This document shows positions 19,137 to 27,348 of a stretch of DNA of 27,491 nucleotides, piece by piece. The notes beneath the pieces were generated by a model. It did not search any database. It was not told the origin of the DNA and saw only the letters and a program-made list of their open reading frames with translations. Location: assembly GCA_964349735.1 (NCBI GenBank), contig CAYGIB010000001.1, positions 1 to 27,491 on the forward strand, in the 5' to 3' direction. Within the stretch, counting starts at the first letter, position 1. Every line of letters starts with the position of its first letter. Origin of the DNA: an uncultured Oscillospiraceae bacterium (GTDB taxonomy: Bacteria > Bacillota > Clostridia > Saccharofermentanales > Saccharofermentanaceae). A program made the translations under genes and the position numbers.

Positions 19137-20736
19137 AAGTGTTACCCTGATTCCCGCAAGAAAACTATCTCGCAAAACAAAGGACGAAGAAAAGCCAAAA
19201 CTCCGAGTTGCCGCCTATTGTCGCGTCTCAACAGACAGCGATGAGCAGGCCACCAGCTACGAAGCGCAGATTGAGCATTACACCACTTACATCAACGGTC
19301 ATACCGACTGGGAGCTGGCGGGCATCTTTGCGGATGATGGTATCTCCGGCACCAACACCAAAAAGCGCGAGGAGTTCAATCGCATGATCGACGAGTGCAT
19401 GTCGGGCAGCATTGACATGGTTATCACGAAGTCCATCAGCCGATTTGCTCGAAATACCTTGGACTGCCTGAAATACATCCGACAACTGAAGGAGAAGAAC
19501 ATCCCCGTTTTCTTTGAAAAAGAGAACATCAACACCATGGATTCCAAGGGTGAGGTTCTCCTGACAATTATGGCCTCTCTCGCCCAGCAGGAGAGCCAGT
19601 CCCTGAGCCAGAATGTGAAGATGGGCTTGCAGTACCGTTACCAGCAAGGCGAAATCCAGGTCAACTGCAAGTGGTTTCTCGGATACGAAAAGGACGAGAA
19701 TAAGCGTTTGGTGATTGTTCCTGAAGAAGCCGAGGTCGTGAAGCGTATCTACCTCGAGTACCTCGAAGGTGCCAGTATGCTGAAAATCGCACGTGGTCTG
19801 GAAGCGGACGGCATAAAAAACGGTGCCGGAAAAGCAAAGTGGCATACGAGCAACATCAACTCCATCCTGCGAAATGAGAAATACATCGGTGATGCGCTAT
19901 TACAGAAGACGTACACCGTTGACTTCTTATCGAAAAAGCGTGTGAAGAACAACGGCCTTATGCCGCAGTACTATGTAGAAAACAGCCACGAGGCGATTAT
20001 CCCTCGCGAAATCTTTATGCAAGTGCAAGAGGAATTGGTTCGTCGTCGCTGTGTACACTTGAGCCAGAACGGGAAAAAGCGCAGCTTCAGCAGTAACCAC
20101 TGCTTCTCGAACATGGTTTTCTGTGGTGAATGCGGCGAAGTCTTCCGCAGGATCCACTGGAACAATCGAGGGAAAAAGTCTATCGTCTGGCGGTGCATCA
20201 GCCGACTCGAAAACACCGGTCTATTCTGCGATGCGCGAACGGTGCCTGAGAACGAAATTCAAGAGATCGTCATGCGCGCGATCAATGATACGCTGGGCAA
20301 GAAAGATGATTTTCTTGCGATCCTTCAGCACAACATTGAGGTGGTATTGAGTCGTGGTGGTGATAAGGGACTGGAGATAATCGACAAGCGGCTGGAAGAA
20401 CTGCAGATCGAATTGCTGAAACTCGCCACATCCAAATCCGACTTTGAGGATGTTGCCGAAGAGATTCATCATTTTCGCGACGAGAAGCAAAAAGCACAAC
20501 TCGAGAGCGCCGGACGGGATGAGACGAGAAAGCGGATAGCGGATATGAAAGCGTTTCTGCGAAAACAGGATGCCACGGTCACCGAGTTCGATGAGGCATT
20601 AGTCCGACGGTTAATCGAGAAGGTTACGGTTTACGAGGATAAATTCACCGTGGAATTCAAGTCCGGCATTATGGTGGAGTTTATGAATAACCCCGATGCA
20701 ACATGTACGAACAGAAAAACAGAAATAGGATTGTAA
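19123..20736 (+). CDS. Large serine recombinase 2
   Basis: [39 protein letters not shown]...WRC; ATG at 19123 after GGAGG. Confidence 0.95.
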   Translation: MDANRSVTLIPARKLSRKTKDEEKPKLRVAAYCRVSTDSDEQATSYEAQIEHYTTYINGHTDWELAGIFADDGISGTNTKKREEFNRMIDECMSGSIDMVITKSISRFARNTLDCLKYIRQLKEKNIPVFFEKENINTMDSKGEVLLTIMASLAQQESQSLSQNVKMGLQYRYQQGEIQVNCKWFLGYEKDENKRLVIVPEEAEVVKRIYLEYLEGASMLKIARGLEADGIKNGAGKAKWHTSNINSILRNEKYIGDALLQKTYTVDFLSKKRVKNNGLMPQYYVENSHEAIIPREIFMQVQEELVRRRCVHLSQNGKKRSFSSNHCFSNMVFCGECGEVFRRIHWNNRGKKSIVWRCISRLENTGLFCDARTVPENEIQEIVMRAINDTLGKKDDFLAILQHNIEVVLSRGGDKGLEIIDKRLEELQIELLKLATSKSDFEDVAEEIHHFRDEKQKAQLESAGRDETRKRIADMKAFLRKQDATVTEFDEALVRRLIEKVTVYEDKFTVEFKSGIMVEFMNNPDATCTNRKTEIGL

Positions 20737-21055
20737 CAATTGATACGCAAACGATTACGTTATACTTACGAATAACTGCAGCCTGAACTTCTCTTGATCC
20801 TGAAATCTCAAGAGCCTTCTTTTTCTCTCTTCTTATAATTAGTACTACTATAACTGTCAAGATTATGAAGACTATGATCGCTACCATCAAATACGCAACG
20901 AAAAGGTTAACATTTATCTTTTCTGTCAATCCTGGTCGAGTATGAGTCTCCTCCCAAATTGATAGAATATATGAGAAAAATGTAATTAAAAATATATCTA
21001 TAACGTAAGAGATTAATATTATCAGAATCAAAAGCATTTTAATTATTTTTTTCAT
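20681..21055 (-). CDS. Small 3-TM membrane protein, candidate immunity protein
   Basis: Three hydrophobic stretches; very AT-rich; start 4 nt after the upstream stop, with RBS GAGAGG inside the upstream gene. Confidence 0.7.
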   Translation of the reverse strand: MKKIIKMLLILIILISYVIDIFLITFFSYILSIWEETHTRPGLTEKINVNLFVAYLMVAIIVFIILTVIVVLIIRREKKKALEISGSREVQAAVIRKYNVIVCVSIVTILFLFFCSYMLHRGYS

Positions 21056-21059
21056 ATAA

Positions 21060-24000
21060 TCATCCTCTCTCTTTAACTATTAACGCATCCGCTAATGAAT
21101 AATCTTCTGCACTATTGGACAATGTTCTCAAATTTATCTTTAATCCCTTTGGCGTAGCAAATGCTCCTAAGTAAAAGGACTTATTTTTCGCGCTCACTTT
21201 CACATCAGAAATTAAATTCCAAGCATTACATGCAACTTCAGCACAATTATGAGTTAGAGTCCAATAACTAACCGAATCCTTGCTACAATATGAAATTAGT
21301 TCTTCCAAATCATCTTCAGTAATATCTTCGCAAATATAGGTATTGGCTAAATAATCAATTTCATACCAAACGTATTTCGCAACCTCCATATTGTAGGCAA
21401 CACCGTTTGCTTCATCTTCAGTCCCGAATTCCCACGAGCTATCTCCATCAGATCCGCTTACATCACCAGAACCCGACCCTTTTCCAAACGCACCATTTCC
21501 AATCGTAACACTTTCACCTACTTTGAAAGTATAATTACCCAGCGGAGATGCGTCTTTTGTTATATTATCTTTTGACCAGTTTATATCAGAATCAATTTTA
21601 CTCCATCCATTTTCTAATGTTGATAAATCAACATTATCATTAATATAACTAGTATACACAAAGAAAGCATGTCCCGCATACCATCCAGCATCTTCGTAAT
21701 CATAACAAGACACTAAAAACAGTTTTCCTATTACTCCTCCTGCAAGACCTTTCGCCATAGGTGCTGTATCTTCATCATCATTAATTCCATCTCCATCCGT
21801 ATCCACTTTTTCAGGATCTGATTGGACCCAGAAAAGGTAGTTTACTCCTGCATCCTGGGGTGCATACATTTGATATTGCGACGCAAATACTCCGGAAATA
21901 ACTTCTCCGTCAATTGTTACGATTATGTCTCCCTGTGATGTCTTTTCAATCCGAACACATCTACCCATTTCTTGTCCATCCGTGAGGCCATCACCATCCG
22001 TGACTATATTGCCCAGCGTGTCCTTTTCACTATCCGAGTGTCTGGTATTGGGGTCGGATGTATAAATATTTCCATCGATCCCCTTCATTCCTCCGGTTTC
22101 CAGCCAGTCGTAAAGTCCGTCTCCATCGGTATCCGTAAAATCAAGCGCAGGATCTTGTTCTGGGGGATTAATATAGTTGTTCCAACTCTGCTGGGGGGTT
22201 CCTCCGATTAAAGGAATACCTCCAGAACCGTACATCAACTCGTTGAGCGCATCATCAAACATGCCGTTTGAAAGCATTGGGTCGGCGATGTTGATGGCAA
22301 AGACTCTTCCGCCGCACTCGCTTGCAATGGAATACATCTCCGGGTTATAAACCATCGATACATTGGTTGTGATTAAGATCACCACCGGAATATTCCCGGC
22401 GTTATAATTCGCACTGTGACCTCGCAAAAAACGGACTGCTGCAGTCACATCATACGAATACGCAGTGCCCGTGCTTATCGCGGGTACAAAATCCGGAGCC
22501 ATAAAATAGTTGAGCGCACTATTCATGAGTGCCTTATCTTCCGTCATAGAATTCCAACCACATCCGTACGTATCGTAGACTCTGCCTACCGACATTTGTT
22601 CACCCGGACGCAAATGGCTCACGAATTCTCGCATGATACTCAGCGAACTTAACCGTTGAGACTCCGTAAAGTACGCCGAGTCTTCCACCATGAAGATATA
22701 GGAATAGGTTTCATCGGCATACGTGTACGGAACGCCTGTTTCACCACTTGTATTATCGTAATCAATGGTTGCCGATGCATCTTGGATCCATCGCTCCAAA
22801 TCGACGAGAATATATGTGCTGAAATGCTCCAGTTCTAGTGTAACGGTATTGATATTCTCATCCACGATCGCTTGTTCTTGAACAACATAGACACCATTTT
22901 CATCGTCATACCAAAGAACGCCCAAATCCTGCTCCGCGGTTTCGCCCAAGGCCGATTCATCATAATGGAAAACGACCGTCGCGCTCTCAAACGCTTCCAC
23001 ACACTCAAATGAAATCGGAGAACCGATGCGACTTCTTATTCCTGTACTCAACACATCAATATTGTATTTATCTTTGACGGTTACAACGCTATCGATAAGA
23101 TGCGCCAAATTCATTTCGATGTCAACGGAAGATATGCCAAGACTCTCGGCGTTATACATATCGATTGTTTGTTGCTGTGCAACCTTATCTTCACTATCCG
23201 GGACGCCGTCTCCATCGCTATCTGGGGACAATGGGTCTTTGCCAAGCAGTATCTCATCACCGTCAAGCAGGCCATCCCCGTCTGTATCCTCCAGAAGTGG
23301 ATCGGTCCCATAGATATTCACTTCATCTCCGTCGAGTAAGCCGTCATCATCGGTATCCTCATTCCAGAATTCCGTGCCCAGTTCCAATTCCTGTTGTAGT
23401 GTCAGGCCGTCCCCGTCGAAATCCAGACCTAAATCGGATGTCAGCGGATCCATTCCGCAAATGATTTCCATCATATCGTCGATTCCGTCACTATCGGTAT
23501 CCGCAAGATTCGGGTCCGTTCCGATTTCAATTTCATAATTGTCCGGAAGTCCATCTCCATCCGTATCGGTTTCCATCTCTTCTACCGGAGTCGGAGTAGG
23601 AGTCGGAGTAGGAGTCGATGTCGGAGTCGGAACCGGAGTCGAAGTGGGTGTCGGTGTCAAAGTCGGAACCGGTGTCGGTGTCGGTGTCGGTGTGGTTTCT
23701 TCCGATACGAGCGGATCGGTTCCATAGACCACCAGTTCCTCATAATCCTTTACTCCGTCAGCGTCATAGTCGCCCGTGAGACTCACACCGACCGTTACTT
23801 GAGATACGAGGAAGTTGGTCGGAACATCCGTCTCCACGCCGCCCGTTCCTTGGATGCCGATCTTAATGCTTTTACCGGAAATAATGTTCTGATCGTATCC
23901 GGGATTGTTAAGAAGAACCTGTGTGCCTTCTCCTTGGGTAAAGCTCGTATTGGATGCATTGGTAATCGTCCTAGCAAAATCCATGGAGAATGACCAGTCT

Positions 24001-24542
24001 TCGATGGTTTGCGAAGAAATATTTTTAAGAGTGATCTCTCCGCTGAATCCGGTGCCCCAGTCTTTTTTAAGTTTATAGGTGATTTCATAATCCGTCGAAG
24101 GTAATGTGCGCTGTGCGGTGTTGATAAAGAAGAAATCCGGTGTCAGTGCTTCCCCGTTCTGCTGAGCAGTGAACCCGAAATTAACAGACCCGCCTACCGG
24201 AATATCCTGATTCCATCCGGCGTTTTTAACGGTATACATGCCGTCTGCCTGTTCATAAATAACTCCATTCCAAATATTGGTAATCGTGTGCGGAAGTGCA
24301 AACGAGAGAGCCCAGTTTTCAATCGGCTTCTATCCGGTATTGGTAAGGGTGATCGTTCCGTTGAAATAGCCTTCCCATGTACTATCGACTTGCATGGTAA
24401 GGGTTACCGAGTTCCCGGCCATAATGGCCGGAACGAGAGATATAGGAGTCTCTCCCGTTGCAGCGAGCGGTGCAACAGGCGTTAACAACAATACAAGTAC
24501 GAGTAGTATAGACAAGAATTTTGGAACAGCATTTGACTTCAT
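21060..24542 (-). pseudogene. Secreted 1160-codon multidomain protein (signal peptide, 2x CBM2-like, Pro/Thr linker, TSP3 repeats, ZU5-like, vWA, permuted papain-like C-terminus) interrupted by one in-frame TAG at 24330-24332
   Basis: Track ORFs 24330-24659 and 21060-24239 are in the same frame and joined by 30 sense codons (TNTG*KPIENWALSF...); signal MKSNAVPKFLSILLVLVLLLTPVAPLAA; CBM2-type W residues (STWEGYFNG, NAGWNQ, KDWGTGFSG); DxDGDG repeats. Confidence 0.8.
23583..23696 (-). repeat. Hexanucleotide repeat encoding a Pro/Thr linker
   Basis: (GGAGTC/GGTGTC)n on + strand; TPTPTPTPVPTLTPTPTSTPVPTPTSTPTPTPTPTPV. Confidence 0.92.
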
Positions 24543-24630
24543 GATCGGCCCCCCCGGATCTTCTGTTTGAATCACATTGCACTTATGTGCGGCAGAAAAA
24601 TACATAACAATACTACATACAACTTTCAAA

Positions 24631-24659
24631 AGATTAACATTTTTCGGGGGGGGCGTCAA
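24631..24659 (-). promoter_or_regulatory. Putative sigmaA promoter (TTGACG-N17-TAATCT, extended TG) with C8 tract in spacer
   Basis: Minus strand reads TTGACG CCCCCCCCGAAAAATGT TAATCT, about 90 nt upstream of ATG 24542. Confidence 0.6.
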
Positions 24660-24896
24660 GTTATCTTTATATATTGGTGCAATAATCTGTAGTGGTTCTT
24701 GGATTCGCTTTTTCTATAAGATGAAATGCCGGTGTTAGCGATATTTTTCCTCAACCGACAGCTACTCGTGTTTCTATCCAATATTCGATGCAAACACTAA
24801 TTACTAAAGCGTTCAAAAAACGGCAAATTACGGGCAATAGCTACCCTTTCATCCAACCCGCTCTCTCAACCCTCGATTTTTCAAAAAACATCTAAT

Positions 24897-24956
24897 CTGC
24901 TCTGTCGCGAACGCAAGTTATCTATCCTGCTCTGTCATGAACAGATGTTATCCAAT
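24897..24956. repeat. Imperfect 30-bp tandem duplication
   Basis: CTGCTCTGTC-gcGAACgcaa-GTTATCtatc / CTGCTCTGTC-atGAACagat-GTTATCcaat. Confidence 0.7.
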
Positions 24957-24989
24957 CCGACCACTCAACTATCATTTTACATCATCTTG

Positions 24990-25149
24990 GATATGTTTCC
25001 GTGGACGGATATTTTCGATGTTTTCAGCCAATGCCCAAAATCGTCGAAAATCCCCGACGCCCTTATATCAAGGCTTTTCAGGCTTTGATCTGCTCTTCTC
25101 GTGACATCAATACCACCGTCTCAACGTGCCCCGTCCACGGAAATACATC
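24990..25149. repeat. Inverted repeat (17/19 bp) between rlmD codons D-V-F-P-W-T and a downstream mirror copy; candidate att region
   Basis: GATATGTTTCCGTGGACGG at 24990-25008 vs reverse complement of 25131-25149, GATGTATTTCCGTGGACGG. Confidence 0.8.
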
Positions 25150-27051
25150 GACGGGTTGGGCGGCCTCCGGGTGGTAGCCTTTTTCGATAAGGAAGCGGAG
25201 GTCGCGGGAGAGGGTCGCCGGGTCGCAGGAGACGTAGAGTATGTGGTCGGGGGCAAGAGCTATGAGCTTTTCGAGGAGTCGCGGGGCGCAGCCTTTTCGA
25301 GGCGGATCGAGGACGATGGTCAGCGGAGCACTTGCGTCGAGGCTCTTGTAGTCGTATTCTTCGGCGATGCCGACGTGGAATTCAGCGTTGGGTGCGGTGT
25401 TGATTTGGGCGTTGCGGCGGGCGTCTTCAACGGTTTGTGCGTTGCTTTCGATGCCGATGATTCGACGGGCGCGACCGGACAGATGGAGGCCGATGCTTCC
25501 GGTTCCGCAGTAGAGGTCGAGGACCGTCGCACCGCAAGGTGCTTCAGCTGGCTTCAAATATTCCGGAATCGTCGCACCGCAAGGTGCTTCAGCTGGCTTA
25601 AAATATTCCGGAACCGTCGCACCGCAAGGTGCTTCAGCTGGCTTTAAATATTCCGGAATCGATGCGCCTGAAAGCGCTTTTTCTTGCTTCAAATATTCCG
25701 GGACCCTTGTATCCGACGGTGAGCCGGTTTGCTCGAAGTATTGAAGGACGGTGTCGTAGAGTCGCTCGGCCTGGTCAGTGTTGACCTGGAAAAAGGATTC
25801 CGGCGATATAAAGTAGCGGTGGCGGCCGATTTGTTCTTCAATCTCGTTTGGCACGAGGGTGTAGTCCGGCGCGGCAGCGCGGAGGGCTTGGCGGATGCGG
25901 GTGTCGAAGTTGGCGACAGTGACGAGGCGGTGGTGGTTCGTGGGGGCAGAGTCTCGGCGGTTGGAAGCACTGCTTCCGCAATCCGGCGAGTTACTGTTGT
26001 AAGCCGAACCGTTACGGCGATCCGGAGGAGCGAATCGACGTTCCCGGGAGCGGCGATCCGGGGAAACGCGGCGGTCGTGCTCTCTGCGATCCGAGGCGTT
26101 GCGATGGTTCGGGGCATCTGACGCGTCAAATCCTTCTCCCTCCGGGATCTGCAGTCGATAGAGGACCTGGCCGGTCCGGGTGCCGACGCGAACGATCAGT
26201 TTGGTGTGCGGCGGGATTCGCGCACGGATTGCATGCCCTTGCGGCTCGTTTAGATATTGCTCGACGGTGTTCTTGATGAGGTCGGCGACGGGGTGAGCGA
26301 TGGCACAGCGCGGCGTCGCGACGGTTTCGTGAGATTTCTTGGCGTGAAGGCCGAAGCGAATGGCACCGGTTTCGTTATCGCGGTAAAGCTTATCGCGGTG
26401 AAGTGCGCCTGTGGTCTTATCGAAGCGAACATCGCCGGTGGCGTCGTCAAGTCGAACCTGGTATTGCATGTGGTTACGGTACTCGGTCGGTTTTTTTGCT
26501 GCCATGATGGGCAGAAGCAGGGTATCGACTCGGGCCTCGGGGATACGGGCGATGCGGATGAGGCAGTCGCGGACGTGGCGCTGCTTCTCGCGCAAGAGGG
26601 CTTCGTAGGTAAGTTCCTGGCAGGTGCAGCCGCCGCATTGGGCGTAGACCGGGCAGAATGGCTCGGCGCGATCCGGGGAGCGTTCGAGGATTCGAACGAG
26701 GCGCGAGTTCAGCAAGCGGCTTCCGATGTCGTCCAGGAGGACTTCGGCAGTTTCGCCGGGCATCAGACCGTCACAGAGGACAATTCGGCCGGCCATGGAA
26801 GCGTGGTGTATCGCGTCACCGTCCATGAAATCGGGGGAATCGATTTTTCTGCCATCCATGGGGTCCGGATTGTTCTTGTTACGGGAAACCGCCGGGTCGG
26901 GTGTATCAGAGTTGCGGGAAGCCACCGGGTCGGAATCAGCCGCACCCGCCTCCGGTGATTCGCCGGAGCCGATGACGCGGGCGAGTGCAAAACCATCCGG
27001 CGTCAGGCCGAATGCTCGGATGATGTGTGGGGTCGAATACAACTCATTCAT
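25078..27051 (-). CDS. rlmD: 23S rRNA m5U1939 methyltransferase with several repeat-derived insertions (start uncertain: 27051 preferred; track extends to 27282)
   Basis: DGLMPGE (TRAM), CPVYAQCGGC (4Fe-4S), EYRNHMQY, FFQVN, VLDLYCGTGSIG, LDPPRKG, YVSCDPATLSRD, VDVFPWTGHVETV. Confidence 0.92.
   Translation of the reverse strand: MNELYSTPHIIRAFGLTPDGFALARVIGSGESPEAGAADSDPVASRNSDTPDPAVSRNKNNPDPMDGRKIDSPDFMDGDAIHHASMAGRIVLCDGLMPGETAEVLLDDIGSRLLNSRLVRILERSPDRAEPFCPVYAQCGGCTCQELTYEALLREKQRHVRDCLIRIARIPEARVDTLLLPIMAAKKPTEYRNHMQYQVRLDDATGDVRFDKTTGALHRDKLYRDNETGAIRFGLHAKKSHETVATPRCAIAHPVADLIKNTVEQYLNEPQGHAIRARIPPHTKLIVRVGTRTGQVLYRLQIPEGEGFDASDAPNHRNASDRREHDRRVSPDRRSRERRFAPPDRRNGSAYNSNSPDCGSSASNRRDSAPTNHHRLVTVANFDTRIRQALRAAAPDYTLVPNEIEEQIGRHRYFISPESFFQVNTDQAERLYDTVLQYFEQTGSPSDTRVPEYLKQEKALSGASIPEYLKPAEAPCGATVPEYFKPAEAPCGATIPEYLKPAEAPCGATVLDLYCGTGSIGLHLSGRARRIIGIESNAQTVEDARRNAQINTAPNAEFHVGIAEEYDYKSLDASAPLTIVLDPPRKGCAPRLLEKLIALAPDHILYVSCDPATLSRDLRFLIEKGYHPEAAQPVDVFPWTGHVETVVLMSREEQIKA
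25524..25703 (-). repeat. In-frame 45-bp tandem repeat (3 near-perfect + 1 degenerate) encoding PEYLKPAEAPCGAT(V/I)
   Basis: Units start at 25524, 25569, 25614 and 25659; the three near-perfect units contain GCACC-GCAA-GGTGC. Confidence 0.92.
26823..26954 (-). repeat. Degenerate in-frame 33-bp repeat, 4 copies, in the rlmD N-terminal domain
   Basis: Units at 26823, 26856, 26889 and 26922; DSDPVASRNS / DTPDPAVSRNK / NNPDPMDGRKI / DSPDFMDG. Confidence 0.7.
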
Positions 27052-27348
27052 TCTTCGCACCGTCCGTCTCTTTTCTATCATTATATCGGAATCGCTCGTT
27101 CTCTTTCCATCTTTTCGAAAAATTGGTATGATAATCGTGGTTTTGTGTGTGTCTGGCGATTTTTTTCGAGCGAGCAGCGGACGAAGCCGAATGATTATAG
27201 CTAGCGCATATACAGCGATGAGGAAATATATGAAAAATTCCAGCGAGAATACGTCTCCGCCGAACGATAACGAAGCGACCAAAAGATTGCCCCTTGAAGA
27301 AATGCACCGTTCGGGTCGAGTCGGCGCTGAAGAGCTTCACCTCTCGCT

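Larger units (their letters stand above)
1..20736 (+). mobile_element. Siphovirus-type prophage, late region plus serine-recombinase integration module (left end outside window; right end either ~20680 or ~25120 in the rlmD 3' end)
   Basis: Co-oriented portal-protease-capsid-connector-tail-lysis-recombinase gene order with overlapping or closely spaced ORFs and strong RBSs. Confidence 0.95.

Noticed and set aside
1-24542. Genome-wide TAG recoding (alternative genetic code) to explain the amber at 24330
   Set aside because: Portal, protease, gpGT, tape measure, hub and the short recombinase all end at TAG exactly where the next gene starts or overlaps, so TAG is a normal stop here
24543-24659. 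Upstream extension of the CBM gene to the track start at 24659
   Set aside because: That start lies in the predicted -35 box; the signal peptide and RBS fit ATG 24542
24700-24890. Possible riboswitch or ncRNA (GGCAAA...GCAA-like words) in the intergenic region
   Set aside because: Could not fold a convincing c-di-GMP or other known aptamer, and the orientation points away from the adjacent gene; an Infernal/Rfam scan would settle it
25524-25703. 45-bp repeats as a CRISPR array
   Set aside because: Units are directly adjacent with no unique spacers, are in frame within rlmD, and there are no cas genes
27052-27282. Hydrophobic N-terminal extension of RlmD (membrane-anchored RlmD)
   Set aside because: The track start has no clear RBS, the region is AT-rich with a TATAAT at 27080-27085 and looks like promoter/intergenic DNA; RlmD similarity starts near MNELYS
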